This document shows, in pieces, positions 36,892 through 46,671 of a DNA stretch of 64,000 bases. Source of the DNA: an uncultured Gammaproteobacteria bacterium. Lineage in GTDB: Bacteria; Patescibacteriota; Microgenomatia; Levybacterales; GWA1-39-11. The stretch lies in the NCBI GenBank assembly GCA_964472415.1, contig CAYYLC010000001.1:67269-131268 (forward strand), in the 5' to 3' direction. The position numbers and the translations under genes were made by a program. The notes beneath the pieces were generated by a model. It was not told the origin of the DNA, did no database searches, and saw only the letters and a program-made list of their open reading frames with translations. Within the stretch, counting starts at the first letter, position 1. Each line of letters opens with the position of its first letter.

Positions 36892-37300
36892 ATCAAAATT
36901 TCTTGAAGATACGAAAAAAATAGCGATAAGTGTTGCTGATTCATTGGGATCCTATCGAGTTATTTGTCTATACGGAGAAATGGGTGCGGGGAAAACGACA
37001 TTTGTGAAAGCATTTGCAAAACATTTGGGAGTTTCCTCTCGAGTACTTTCTCCAACATATACTTTCGTTAGAAGATATGAATTTGGAAGCAAGAAGCTCT
37101 ATCATGTTGATGCATATAGAATAGAGGATTCACAGAGTGATATCGAATCTTTAGCAGAGATTATTTCTCAGGATAATACAATCGTTTTGATAGAATGGGC
37201 AGAAAAGATTCAAAAAATATTGCCTGAGGAGCGAATCGATATAGAATTTTCGTATAATAGAGATAATGTACGAGAAATTATCATTACAAAAAAAGGTTGA
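36872..37300 (+). CDS. tsaE: tRNA threonylcarbamoyladenosine biosynthesis ATPase TsaE
   Basis: LYGEMGAGKTTFVKAFAKHLGV...SPTYTFV; start moved to ATG 36872 to limit overlap with the upstream gene. Confidence 0.8.
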   Translation: MMRKIFKSKFLEDTKKIAISVADSLGSYRVICLYGEMGAGKTTFVKAFAKHLGVSSRVLSPTYTFVRRYEFGSKKLYHVDAYRIEDSQSDIESLAEIISQDNTIVLIEWAEKIQKILPEERIDIEFSYNRDNVREIIITKKG

Positions 37301-37874
37301 TAAAAAGCAAATTACGGCATATTTAAGGCAAGGAAAAATAGGTCTGTTCCCGACGGATACCGTGTATGGGGTATGCTGTAGGGTGGATGACAGTGGTGCA
37401 GTTGAACGAATCTTTCAGATAAAGAGAAGAGAAAAAGAAAAGCCAGTTCTTATTCTATCGGATACATTTGAAAGAGCTAAAAAGTATATAAAAAACTATA
37501 ATATTGATTTTCAAAAAAAACAAATCATTGAAAAGTATTGGCCAGGACCTTTGACAATCGTTTTTCCAGCAAATCTTAAGAAAGTTCCTAGTATTGTGCG
37601 AGCTGGAGGTGATACTATTGCGATACGAATTCCTGATAAAGATGATCTCCGCGAAGTTATTGAAGAGCTTGGCGTGCCGATTGTTGCGCCATCTGCAAAT
37701 TTATCCGGTGGTAAAACATTCTCAAGTCTCGCTCGAATTGATGAAAAAATCCTTAGTGGTGTTGACTTTATTGTAGATGGTGAGTGTACAATAAAGTCTG
37801 CATCAACAATTATAGATTTTTCAAAAGATAAAATTGAAATTCTCAGACATGGTGCTCTCGATTTATCATTATGA
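37266..37874 (+). CDS. tsaC: L-threonylcarbamoyladenylate synthase (YrdC/TsaC domain)
   Basis: GKIGLFPTDTVYGVCC..., KPVLILSD, SANLSG motifs of YrdC/Sua5. Confidence 0.85.
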   Translation: MYEKLSLQKKVDKKQITAYLRQGKIGLFPTDTVYGVCCRVDDSGAVERIFQIKRREKEKPVLILSDTFERAKKYIKNYNIDFQKKQIIEKYWPGPLTIVFPANLKKVPSIVRAGGDTIAIRIPDKDDLREVIEELGVPIVAPSANLSGGKTFSSLARIDEKILSGVDFIVDGECTIKSASTIIDFSKDKIEILRHGALDLSL

Positions 37875-38179
37875 ATTTATTGATTGATACTACAGACAGG
37901 AAGAATACAAATATAAGAATCATGGAAGGTGAATCGCTTCTTATCGAGGAAAAGTTTAAGAATTCTGCAAATCCTGAATCAGTTTTAAGTTTGATAAAAA
38001 AAGGATTAGAAAAGTTGCAGTTAAATCTTTCCGATATTACAAATATCTACGTAAACCCTGGACCTGGTTCATTTACAGGTGTGAGAGTCGGAATTGCAGT
38101 TGCAAATGCGCTTTCTTTGGCACTTCAAGTTCCGGTAAATGACAAGAATGTTTCAGATCTTGAAATGCCGAAGTACTGA
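37871..38179 (+). CDS. tsaB: short TsaB (N-terminal Gcp-like domain only, 102 aa)
   Basis: NPGPGSFTGVRVGIAVANALSLALQVP is the TsaB signature; the ORF stops after ~100 aa and the next gene is unrelated. Confidence 0.7.
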   Translation: MNLLIDTTDRKNTNIRIMEGESLLIEEKFKNSANPESVLSLIKKGLEKLQLNLSDITNIYVNPGPGSFTGVRVGIAVANALSLALQVPVNDKNVSDLEMPKY

Positions 38180-38180
38180 T

Positions 38181-39119
38181 ATGTTTAAATTTCTTCATAA
38201 TTATTTCTTTCCTCATACCCGGAATAATCACCGTTCAAAAATTCTTCATAATACGTCTCTGTTTATAATCATATTGGTACTTCTTGCATCTTCTGTGGTT
38301 TCTCTTGTGGTAAATAGGGCAAACCCTTCAATTCTTGGTGTTACATATTCTATGACCGACCAAGAACTTTTGATTCTCGTTAATCAAGAACGAATTGCAA
38401 ATGGGAAAGAGCCATTGAAGCTTAATGCTGTACTGAGTAGTGCTGCAAAGCAAAAGGCTGAGCATATGTTTGCGAATAATTATTGGGCACATTTTGCGCC
38501 AGATAGTACGTCTCCATGGCATTTTATTACGACAAATGGATATAATTACATATATGCTGGAGAAAATCTTGCGAAAGGATTTTCAAATGCACAAGAAGTA
38601 GTTAAGGCTTGGATGGAATCTCCAGCACATAGAGATAATATATTATCTTCGCAGTATAGAGATATAGGGTTTGCGATTGTTCCAGGTCATTTACAAGGAG
38701 AAGATACTGTTTTAATTGTTGAGATGTTTGGTCAAGAGAAGAATCCATTTTTAGCAACAGCAGATGTAGGCGCTATTAACCAAGAAGTGGTTGGTGAAGA
38801 AGATATTGCATTAGATGAAAGTGATGCAAATGAGGTGGTAGAGGTGCCATTTTTGGGAACACACTCAGAAAATGATGGTTCAGAAGCGTTCAGGCAGGTA
38901 AGCCTTTATCAGTCGCAGCCGTTTTTTGATGCTTTGACAAGTGGGAAAACCATCGCCTTTATTTTCGCCTCGATTCTTCTTATTGCGTTGATTTTAGATT
39001 TTCTTATAATTTCCCGGCGGAAAATTCCTCGGATTGTAGGAAATAATATCGATCACATTGTGGTGCTATCTGTTTTTATAGTTTTTATAGTAATTTATAA
39101 TATCGGCACTATTCTATAA
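38181..39119 (+). CDS. CAP/SCP-domain (PR-1-like, YkwD-like) protein with N- and C-terminal TMs
   Basis: ERIANGKEPLKLN..AKQKAEHMFANNYWAHF...GENLAKGF..AWMESPAHRDNIL matches the CAP domain; start set at the ATG after the tsaB stop. Confidence 0.7.
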   Translation: MFKFLHNYFFPHTRNNHRSKILHNTSLFIIILVLLASSVVSLVVNRANPSILGVTYSMTDQELLILVNQERIANGKEPLKLNAVLSSAAKQKAEHMFANNYWAHFAPDSTSPWHFITTNGYNYIYAGENLAKGFSNAQEVVKAWMESPAHRDNILSSQYRDIGFAIVPGHLQGEDTVLIVEMFGQEKNPFLATADVGAINQEVVGEEDIALDESDANEVVEVPFLGTHSENDGSEAFRQVSLYQSQPFFDALTSGKTIAFIFASILLIALILDFLIISRRKIPRIVGNNIDHIVVLSVFIVFIVIYNIGTIL

Positions 39120-39382
39120 TGAAAAAAATACATCGCCATTTGATTTTATATATTTTTGAGTTAATTGTCCTGATTTCTGGATTTGTTGTGATTTTAAACC
39201 TTAACTTTTCATTTTGGAAACAGTTCGTCGTATTAGTATTCTTATTAGTATTTTATTCTCTTATAGGGCTTTTAAGACATGCGAGAGACAATGACATGCA
39301 TTTGAGAGTTGTGTTAGAATATATTGCAATATCGCTTATTATAGCGCTATTATTTATACTACTTAACATTACGAGAATTTAA
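39119..39382 (+). CDS. small polytopic membrane protein (87 aa)
   Basis: Three hydrophobic helices, ATGA overlap with the upstream stop. Confidence 0.4.
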   Translation: MKKIHRHLILYIFELIVLISGFVVILNLNFSFWKQFVVLVFLLVFYSLIGLLRHARDNDMHLRVVLEYIAISLIIALLFILLNITRI

Positions 39383-39384
39383 TA

Positions 39385-40119
39385 ATGAAGGGATTAATAC
39401 TAGCTGGCGGAATGGCAACACGATTGCGTCCACTTACGCTCATCACGAATAAGCATCTTCTTCCTGTTTATAATAAGCCCATGATCTACTACCCACTGGA
39501 GGCTATGAAAAAGGCGGGGATTAAGGAAGTACTGATCACCTCATCTCCTGATCATTCTGGGCATTTCGCAAATCTTTTGAAGGACGGTTTTGATTTCGAC
39601 TTGCAGTTATATTATGCAGTGCAGCGTGAGGCAGGGGGAATCTCTCAGGCGATAAAGATCGCTGAGGATTTTGCAAAAGACGAAAAACTCCTTGTTATTT
39701 TAGGAGATAATATTTTTAACTATAATCTCAGAGGTGTAGTAGAACGATTTGAGGCGCAAGAAAAAGGAGCCGTAGTTTTCGGAATCAGAAAAGATACAGA
39801 ATCTAAACAATATGGTGTGATAGAAATGGATAAAGACGGGAAAGTGCTTTCTATCGAAGAGAAACCAGAGGTGCCAAAGTCTCCGTATGCACAATCTGGT
39901 ATTTATATGTATGACAGTCGCGTTTTCAAATTTATTGATGAATTAAAGCCATCAGCTCGAGGAGAACTTGAAGTGACGGATCTCAATAATAGATATCTTG
40001 AAGAAGGAACACTGAGTGCAGAAGTTCTTGATTGGTGGATTGATGCGGGGACTTCCCATGAAGAGTTATTAAATGCTAATATAATGGTTCGAGAAAAGGT
40101 AAAAAGTGGAGAATTATAA
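39385..40119 (+). CDS. rfbA: sugar-1-phosphate nucleotidylyltransferase (glucose-1-phosphate thymidylyltransferase-like)
   Basis: MKGLILAGGMATRLRPLTLITNKHLLPV N-terminal signature. Confidence 0.85.
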   Translation: MKGLILAGGMATRLRPLTLITNKHLLPVYNKPMIYYPLEAMKKAGIKEVLITSSPDHSGHFANLLKDGFDFDLQLYYAVQREAGGISQAIKIAEDFAKDEKLLVILGDNIFNYNLRGVVERFEAQEKGAVVFGIRKDTESKQYGVIEMDKDGKVLSIEEKPEVPKSPYAQSGIYMYDSRVFKFIDELKPSARGELEVTDLNNRYLEEGTLSAEVLDWWIDAGTSHEELLNANIMVREKVKSGEL

Positions 40120-40122
40120 AAT

Positions 40123-41154
40123 ATGAAACTTTTAGTTTGTGGAGGTGCTGGGTTTATCGGATCAAACTTTATCCATCATATGGTAAAGGTACATCCTGAT
40201 ATGGAGATTGTAAATTATGACAAATTAACGTATGCAGGAAATCTTGATAATCTTAAGAGCCTTACTGATAATCCGCGGTATAAATTTGTTCAGGGAGATA
40301 TTATCGATTTAGAAAAATTAAATACCGTAATTCGCGAAAATAGAATTACGCACGTTATAAATTTTGCTGCAGAAACTCACGTTGATCGATCAATTCATGG
40401 TGGTGCAAAAGAATTTGTTTTGACAAATTCATTAGGGGTTCAGATGATTCTGGATGCAGTTAAAGAAAATAAAATCGAGCTTTTTGTAAATGTTTCAACT
40501 GATGAAGTCTATGGGTCGCTTAAGCTTGATGCAAAAGAAAAATTTACAGAGCAGACCCCTATTTGGCCGAACATGCCATATGCTGCGGCAAAAGCCGGAG
40601 GAGATCTTATGTGTAATGCATATTATGTGACACATAAAGTACCGGTTATTGTCACTCACTGTTCTAATAATTATGGTCCATATCAATTTCCAGAAAAACT
40701 AATTCCGTATTTCGTTTTTAAATTGTTAAATGGGGAGAAGGTGCCGGTTTATGGAGATGGATTAAATGTTCGGGATTGGATTCATGCGATTGATCATTCG
40801 ACAGCGCTTGATTTACTGCTCCACGAAGGTGTTCCTGGTGAGGTTTATAATATCGGATCTGATAATGAGCGGAGTAATATTGAAGTTACAAAAATGATAC
40901 TTTCTATCATGGGATTTGGTGAGGATAGGATTGAGTATATTCAGGATAGGCCAGGACATGACAGAAGATACGCGATTGATTCTACAAAAATAGAAAAGCT
41001 AGGATGGAAACCTCAATATCCACGCGAAGAATTCGAGCGAGGGCTTACAGAGACTATTGAATGGTACAAATCAAACACGGAATGGGTAGAAAATATTTGG
41101 AATAGAAAGAGAGACGAGATGAATAAATTCCAACAAGAGATAGATAAAAATTAA
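40123..41154 (+). CDS. rfbB: dTDP-glucose 4,6-dehydratase
   Basis: GGAGFIGSNF Rossmann motif; 343 aa of the extended SDR family with RmlB-like body, immediately after rfbA. Confidence 0.85.
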   Translation: MKLLVCGGAGFIGSNFIHHMVKVHPDMEIVNYDKLTYAGNLDNLKSLTDNPRYKFVQGDIIDLEKLNTVIRENRITHVINFAAETHVDRSIHGGAKEFVLTNSLGVQMILDAVKENKIELFVNVSTDEVYGSLKLDAKEKFTEQTPIWPNMPYAAAKAGGDLMCNAYYVTHKVPVIVTHCSNNYGPYQFPEKLIPYFVFKLLNGEKVPVYGDGLNVRDWIHAIDHSTALDLLLHEGVPGEVYNIGSDNERSNIEVTKMILSIMGFGEDRIEYIQDRPGHDRRYAIDSTKIEKLGWKPQYPREEFERGLTETIEWYKSNTEWVENIWNRKRDEMNKFQQEIDKN

Positions 41155-41579
41155 TGGAGCCATTTTTTGATAAATTCAAAATCCCAATTCGTGAAGGAAG
41201 AGGTTTTTCGCTTTCTCCAATTGAATTAAAAGATTACATTTCATTTGAGCCAAAACGTGTATATTATTTAACCGATCTTATTACCTCAACAGGTCAGCAT
41301 TGTCATTTGAAAGAAGAAGAATTCTTCGTGATGCTGAAAGGAAAGTGTAATGCGGTAATTGATAAGGGAAGTGGGAGAGAGGATGTGCCTTTGGATACAA
41401 ACGATGCGATATATGTTCCAAGTTATGTTTGGCATGGGTTTAAAGATTTTTCAGGAGATGCGATAATTCTTGCGCTTTCTTCTACAAATTACGATCCTGA
41501 TCGGAGTGATTATTTGGAGGATTATGAGAGGTATTTAGAAATTCGAGATGAGAAGTTCAGAGAGCTATATGGGATATGA
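41154..41579 (+). CDS. cupin-fold sugar-nucleotide epimerase/isomerase (FdtA/WxcM-like or RmlC-like)
   Basis: 141 aa; TGQHCHLKEEEFFVMLKG resembles the (R)GxHAHK...G motif of 3,4-ketoisomerases; sits in the usual rmlC slot. Confidence 0.5.
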   Translation: MEPFFDKFKIPIREGRGFSLSPIELKDYISFEPKRVYYLTDLITSTGQHCHLKEEEFFVMLKGKCNAVIDKGSGREDVPLDTNDAIYVPSYVWHGFKDFSGDAIILALSSTNYDPDRSDYLEDYERYLEIRDEKFRELYGI

Positions 41580-42442
41580 AGATTGCAGTAACAGGTGCAC
41601 GAGGACTTGTCGGATCTAGAGTGTTGGAGTTGTTAGATAAAAAGCATGAATTCCTTCCACTCTCCTCTCAAGACATTGATATTCGGGAACGTCACTCTAT
41701 AGATAAATTTTTAAAAGGAAAGAACATAGATGTATTGATTCATATGGCGGCAAAAACAGACGTAGATGGAAGTGAAATGGAAAAAGATTTGGGAAAAGAA
41801 AGTGAGGTATGGAATATAAATGTTACTGGCACAAGAAATATTGCAGAATTTTGTAAGGAAAATGCTGTTAAATTAGTTCATATTTCTACTGATTTTGTGT
41901 TTGATGGAAAAAAACCTGTTGGAGAATTTTATACAGAAGATGATGTGCCAAATCCTATAAATTTTTATGCAATAACGAAATATGAGGCGGAGAAGGCTGT
42001 AGAAGAGGCGCAAGGAGATTTTGTGATCCTGCGGATTGCATATCCATACCGAGCGCATTTTGAGCAAAAGAAGGATTTTGTGCGAGCGATTCTTGATCGC
42101 CTCAGGCAGGGTTTGCCGATTGCAGGAGTTGAGGATCATATTATGTGCCCCACTTTTATTGATGATGCCGCATTTGCAATCGATAGCATCTTAGAACATA
42201 ATGGCTCAGGAATTTATCACGCGGTTGGGAGTGAGGATTTGTCTCCTTATGAGGCAATAATGAAAATTGTTGAGGTATTTCGTCTAAAAAAGGATCTTAT
42301 TTTAAAGACAACCCGAGAGGAGTATTTTAGAGGTAAGGCTCGTCGTCCATTTAATCTTAGTCTTAAAAATGGTAGAATAGAGGAACTTGGAATACGAATG
42401 AAAACGTTTCAAGAAGGTCTCCAAGAATTACGCAATATATGA
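41576..42442 (+). CDS. rfbD: dTDP-4-dehydro-6-deoxyhexose reductase (RmlD-like)
   Basis: MKIAVTGARGLVGSRV; 288 aa SDR fold with RmlD-like length and context. Confidence 0.7.
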   Translation: MKIAVTGARGLVGSRVLELLDKKHEFLPLSSQDIDIRERHSIDKFLKGKNIDVLIHMAAKTDVDGSEMEKDLGKESEVWNINVTGTRNIAEFCKENAVKLVHISTDFVFDGKKPVGEFYTEDDVPNPINFYAITKYEAEKAVEEAQGDFVILRIAYPYRAHFEQKKDFVRAILDRLRQGLPIAGVEDHIMCPTFIDDAAFAIDSILEHNGSGIYHAVGSEDLSPYEAIMKIVEVFRLKKDLILKTTREEYFRGKARRPFNLSLKNGRIEELGIRMKTFQEGLQELRNI

Positions 42443-43728
42443 CAATAACATTCATCGGACATGGATATGTAGGGCTCGTTACTGCTGCGGTTTTTGCAGA
42501 TCTAGGAAATACGGTACACGTTATCGGTCATACTGAAAAAAAAGTTGAAAATCTCAAAAAAGGAATAATTCCTATTTATGAACCCGGTCTTGAGGAGTTG
42601 GTAAAGAAGAATGTTGAAGCTGGAAGACTTTTGTTTAGTCTTGATTATAGACCTGCAATTCCAGAGTCTGAGATTGTTTTTATTGCAGTAGGGACCCCAC
42701 CTAAGCCTACTGGAGAAGCGGATCTTTCAACAGTTTTAGCAGTCGTTGAAAATATTGGAAAGAATCTTCAAGGATATACTGTTGTTGCGACAAAAAGTAC
42801 CGTACCAATTAGTACGAACAAAAAAGTGCAAGAAATCCTTGAGAAAACGAAACCACAAGGAGTTGAGTTTGATGTTGCGTCCGTTCCTGAGTTTTTGCGA
42901 GAAGGATCTGCGATAAATGATACGTTATATCCTGATAGAATAATTTTAGGTTCAGAAAGTAAGAAGGCGCATGAGCTTCTCAAAGAGCTTCATGAGCCGC
43001 TTCCTGGACAAGTTATACTTACAAATTTAGAAACGGCTGAAATGATAAAGTATGCTTCCAATTCATTTCTTGCAACAAAAATCTCATTTGCAAATGCCAT
43101 TGCTCATCTATCTGAGCTTACTGGGGCCGATGCTGTAAAAGTTTTGGAGGCGGTAGGGCTTGATAAGCGGATTGGCGGAATGTTTTTACAACCTGGACCA
43201 GGGTATGGTGGGAGTTGTTTCCCTAAAGACGTAGAGGCGCTTATCAATATTGCAGGGAATTATAATTATGATTTTCAGCTTTTAAGGATAGTTCAAGATA
43301 TTAATAAGAGCGCTCGGGATAGAGTTGTTGATAAGGCGGTGGAAATGCTTGGTGAAGCTAGTGGAAGGACTGTTGCTATTCTTGGCCTTGCTTTCAAGCC
43401 AAATACTGATGATATGCGATTTGCGCCATCAATTGATATTATCAAAAATCTTCAAAAAAAAGGTGTTATTATCAAGGCATATGATCCTGTGGCGATAGAG
43501 AATACAAAACAACTAGTCGAGAATGTAGAATTCTGTAGTGACGTCTATGCGACAGTCAAGGATGCGAGTCTAGTGATTGTCGTGACTGATTGGAATGAGT
43601 TCAAAGAGCTTGATTTTGAAAAATTAGGTAATCTTATGAAAGAGCGAAAGATTATTGATGCAAGAAATATCTATGACCCCGAAGAGGTTCGAGATAAGAG
43701 GTTTGAATATATTGGATCAGGGAGATAA
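42439..43728 (+). CDS. ugd: UDP-glucose 6-dehydrogenase
   Basis: IGHGYVGLVTAAVFA N-terminal Rossmann, catalytic GGSCFPKD. Confidence 0.9.
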   Translation: MTITFIGHGYVGLVTAAVFADLGNTVHVIGHTEKKVENLKKGIIPIYEPGLEELVKKNVEAGRLLFSLDYRPAIPESEIVFIAVGTPPKPTGEADLSTVLAVVENIGKNLQGYTVVATKSTVPISTNKKVQEILEKTKPQGVEFDVASVPEFLREGSAINDTLYPDRIILGSESKKAHELLKELHEPLPGQVILTNLETAEMIKYASNSFLATKISFANAIAHLSELTGADAVKVLEAVGLDKRIGGMFLQPGPGYGGSCFPKDVEALINIAGNYNYDFQLLRIVQDINKSARDRVVDKAVEMLGEASGRTVAILGLAFKPNTDDMRFAPSIDIIKNLQKKGVIIKAYDPVAIENTKQLVENVEFCSDVYATVKDASLVIVVTDWNEFKELDFEKLGNLMKERKIIDARNIYDPEEVRDKRFEYIGSGR

Positions 43729-44664
43729 ATGCAGAAAGTTTTAATTACCGGGATAAATGGCTTTGTAGGAAAACATCTCATTTCAGGCTTTAAAGATAGT
43801 GAGATAGTTGGTCTTACACGAGCTGATTCATCTGAGACGGAAAGTGCTGTGCGATATGTCTCTGGAGATATCCTTGATAAAGAGCGAATCGAAGCGATTA
43901 TTCAAGATGAGAATCCTTCTATTATCCTTCATTTGGCAGCGTTGACATCACCATCTGAAAGCCTTAAAGATCCTATTGGGACATTAAATAATAATATCCA
44001 AGGGCAGCTCAATATTTTTGAGGCTATAAGAAACCTTGATTTACTTTCTACGAAAATCTTAACAGTATCATCTGCCGAAGTATATGGATCAGTAGATGAA
44101 AGCGAGCTTCCAATTTCTGAAAAGTCAGAGCTTCGTCCGAATACACCGTATGGAGTTTCTAAGGTAGCGCAAGATTTGTTGGGATACCAATATTTTGTTG
44201 CATATGGGGTTCAAAATATTCGCGTGCGACCATTCAATCATATTGGTCCAGGACAAAGTGATAAATTTGTTGTGTCTCAGTTTGCAAAACAGATTGCAAT
44301 GATAGAAAAAGGACAGCAGGAGCCTATTGTAAAGGTGGGAAATCTGTCACCAAAGCGTGATTTTACAGACGTGCGAGATATTGTTAACGCTTATCGGTTA
44401 ATTATGCAGAGTGGGAAGATCGGTGAAGTTTATAATATTGGATCGAATAAATCGTACGCAATTTCTGAAATTTTAGATATTCTGAGCTCATTTTCTGATA
44501 TAGAAATTTCTGTAGAGGTAGATGCGAACCTGGTAAGAAAGGTAGACGCAATAGATATTCGATGTGACTATAATAAGGTAAAAAATGATACTGGTTGGGA
44601 GCCAAAAATTGGAATTGAAAAATCTTTGAAAGATACGCTGGACTATTGGAGAGATATTCTATAA
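43729..44664 (+). CDS. NAD-dependent epimerase/dehydratase, probable GDP-4-keto-6-deoxyhexose reductase (Rmd-like)
   Basis: VLITGINGFVGKHL; 311 aa; directly upstream of gmd. Confidence 0.55.
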   Translation: MQKVLITGINGFVGKHLISGFKDSEIVGLTRADSSETESAVRYVSGDILDKERIEAIIQDENPSIILHLAALTSPSESLKDPIGTLNNNIQGQLNIFEAIRNLDLLSTKILTVSSAEVYGSVDESELPISEKSELRPNTPYGVSKVAQDLLGYQYFVAYGVQNIRVRPFNHIGPGQSDKFVVSQFAKQIAMIEKGQQEPIVKVGNLSPKRDFTDVRDIVNAYRLIMQSGKIGEVYNIGSNKSYAISEILDILSSFSDIEISVEVDANLVRKVDAIDIRCDYNKVKNDTGWEPKIGIEKSLKDTLDYWRDIL

Positions 44665-44679
44665 AATGAAGACGTATTT

Positions 44680-45657
44680 ATGAAAAAGGCTTTAATAACA
44701 GGAATAACTGGGCAAGATGGAAGTTATCTTGCGGAGCTTCTTCTTGATAAAGGCTATGAAGTCCATGGCTTGGTGAGACGGCTAAGTACCCCAAATACTG
44801 AAAATATCAAACATCTTGTAGAAAAAGTGAATCTGATTTCTGGTGATCTTCTTGATCAAAAGTCATTACAAGATGCTATTCTCGAATCAGAACCTGATGA
44901 AGTATATAATCTCGCAGCGCAGAGTTTTGTAAAGACTTCATGGAATCAAGCAGTCCTTACTGGAGAGTATACGGCGATTGGGGTGACACGTATGCTTGAG
45001 GCGATCCGAGCAGTAAATTCGAAAGTGAGATTTTATCAGGCTTCAAGTTCTGAAATGTTTGGGAAAGTTACTGAAACTCCACAAAAAGAAACCACTCGTT
45101 TTTATCCTCGAAGTCCATATGGGGTTGCGAAAGTGTATGGGCATTATATTACCGTAAATTATAGAGAGAGCTATGATATGTTTGCGTGTTCTGGAATCCT
45201 ATTTAATCACGAATCTCCTCGTCGAGGGATAGAGTTTGTAACGCGGAAAATCACGAATGCGGTTGCCCGAATTGAGGCAGGTCTTCAAACGCATTTGGAG
45301 CTGGGAAACTTGGATCCAAAGCGTGACTGGGGATTTGCGGGAGATTATGTTGAGGCTATGTGGCACATGCTTCAGCAAGATAGTCCCGATGATTATGTGA
45401 TAGCAACCGGCCAGACACATAGCGTGGAGGATTTTGTAAGACTTGCGTTTGAAGCAGTGGGGATTACCGACTGGAAAAAATATGTAAATGCTAATAACCA
45501 GGAATTCATGCGACCAGCAGAAGTAGATACGCTTATTGGTGACTATTCTAAAGCGAAGCAGGCGTTTGGTTGGGAGCCAAAGACCTCGTTTAAAGACCTC
45601 GTTGAAATGATGGTAAGGGCGGATGTCGAGATAGTCCGCAAAGAGCAAAATTCCTAA
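44680..45657 (+). CDS. gmd: GDP-mannose 4,6-dehydratase
   Basis: [29 protein letters not shown] is the canonical Gmd N-terminus; NHESPRRG motif. Confidence 0.9.
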   Translation: MKKALITGITGQDGSYLAELLLDKGYEVHGLVRRLSTPNTENIKHLVEKVNLISGDLLDQKSLQDAILESEPDEVYNLAAQSFVKTSWNQAVLTGEYTAIGVTRMLEAIRAVNSKVRFYQASSSEMFGKVTETPQKETTRFYPRSPYGVAKVYGHYITVNYRESYDMFACSGILFNHESPRRGIEFVTRKITNAVARIEAGLQTHLELGNLDPKRDWGFAGDYVEAMWHMLQQDSPDDYVIATGQTHSVEDFVRLAFEAVGITDWKKYVNANNQEFMRPAEVDTLIGDYSKAKQAFGWEPKTSFKDLVEMMVRADVEIVRKEQNS

Positions 45658-45705
45658 TCACCTTCTCCTAATGATTTTTTCCTGCTGTTCCGTTAAAATA
45701 ATGAT

Positions 45706-46671
45706 ATGAGGTATGCGCTTGTAGCTGGTGGTGCTGGATTTATCGGTTCCCACATCGTAAAAGGATTGCTCAATAAAGGAGTTTTTGTGATCTGTGTGGA
45801 TAATTTAATTACAGGCCAGGAAGAAAATATTGAGCAATTTCAGAATCGAGATAACTTTATATTCCTTAATTTAGATCTTACCGAGTCTATTGATAGCTCT
45901 TTAAGGCAATTCGAAAAAATTGATTACATTTTTCACATGGCGTCGCCCGCTTCCCCAAATGAAAAAAGTGATAAAAGTTATATGACATTCCCAATCGAAA
46001 CATTATTAGTGAATTCAATTGGGACATATAATCTTTTAAACGTTGCTCGTGCTAAAAATTCTCGATTTTTATTTGCGTCTACCTCTGAAGTGTATGGAGA
46101 TCCAGAGGTTTCTCCACAGCCTGAGACGTATTGGGGGAATGTAAATCCTGCGGGGCCACGTTCTGTGTATGATGAGGGGAAGAGATTTGGTGAAGCGGTG
46201 ACGATGGCGTATCATAGGGAGTTTGATCTTGACGTACGGCTTCCAAGAATTTTTAATACATATGGAGAAAGTATGCGGCCTGACGATGGACGTGTAGTAT
46301 CAAACTTTATTGTACAGGCTTTGAGAGACGAGCCGATTACGATATTTGGAGATGGGAGTCAGACAAGAAGTTTTTGCTACATTTCAGATTTGGTGGATGG
46401 ACTCTTAGAGTTTATGATGCGTGATAGTTTAGCAGGAGAAATTATAAATCTTGGAAACCCCCTAGAGCATACAGTATTGGAAATTGCTGAAAAAATTAAA
46501 AAGCTAACTAATTCGAATTCTAAGATTATTTATGAAAAGCTTCCAGAGGATGATCCAAAAATACGAAAACCAGATATTTCAAAAGCAAAAGAACTTCTAG
46601 ATTATTCACCAAAAGTGGGAATTGATGAAGGATTTCAAAGAACTATAGAGCATTTTCAAAAAATTATATGA
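45706..46671 (+). CDS. UDP-glucuronate decarboxylase (UDP-xylose synthase-like)
   Basis: ALVAGGAGFIGSH..., YDEGKR catalytic YxxxK, UXS-like length and motifs; ugd upstream supplies UDP-GlcA. Confidence 0.7.
   Translation: MRYALVAGGAGFIGSHIVKGLLNKGVFVICVDNLITGQEENIEQFQNRDNFIFLNLDLTESIDSSLRQFEKIDYIFHMASPASPNEKSDKSYMTFPIETLLVNSIGTYNLLNVARAKNSRFLFASTSEVYGDPEVSPQPETYWGNVNPAGPRSVYDEGKRFGEAVTMAYHREFDLDVRLPRIFNTYGESMRPDDGRVVSNFIVQALRDEPITIFGDGSQTRSFCYISDLVDGLLEFMMRDSLAGEIINLGNPLEHTVLEIAEKIKKLTNSNSKIIYEKLPEDDPKIRKPDISKAKELLDYSPKVGIDEGFQRTIEHFQKII

Noticed and set aside
45199-45648. 149-aa minus-strand ORF inside gmd
   Set aside because: It is antisense to a highly conserved GDP-mannose dehydratase with no independent signals.
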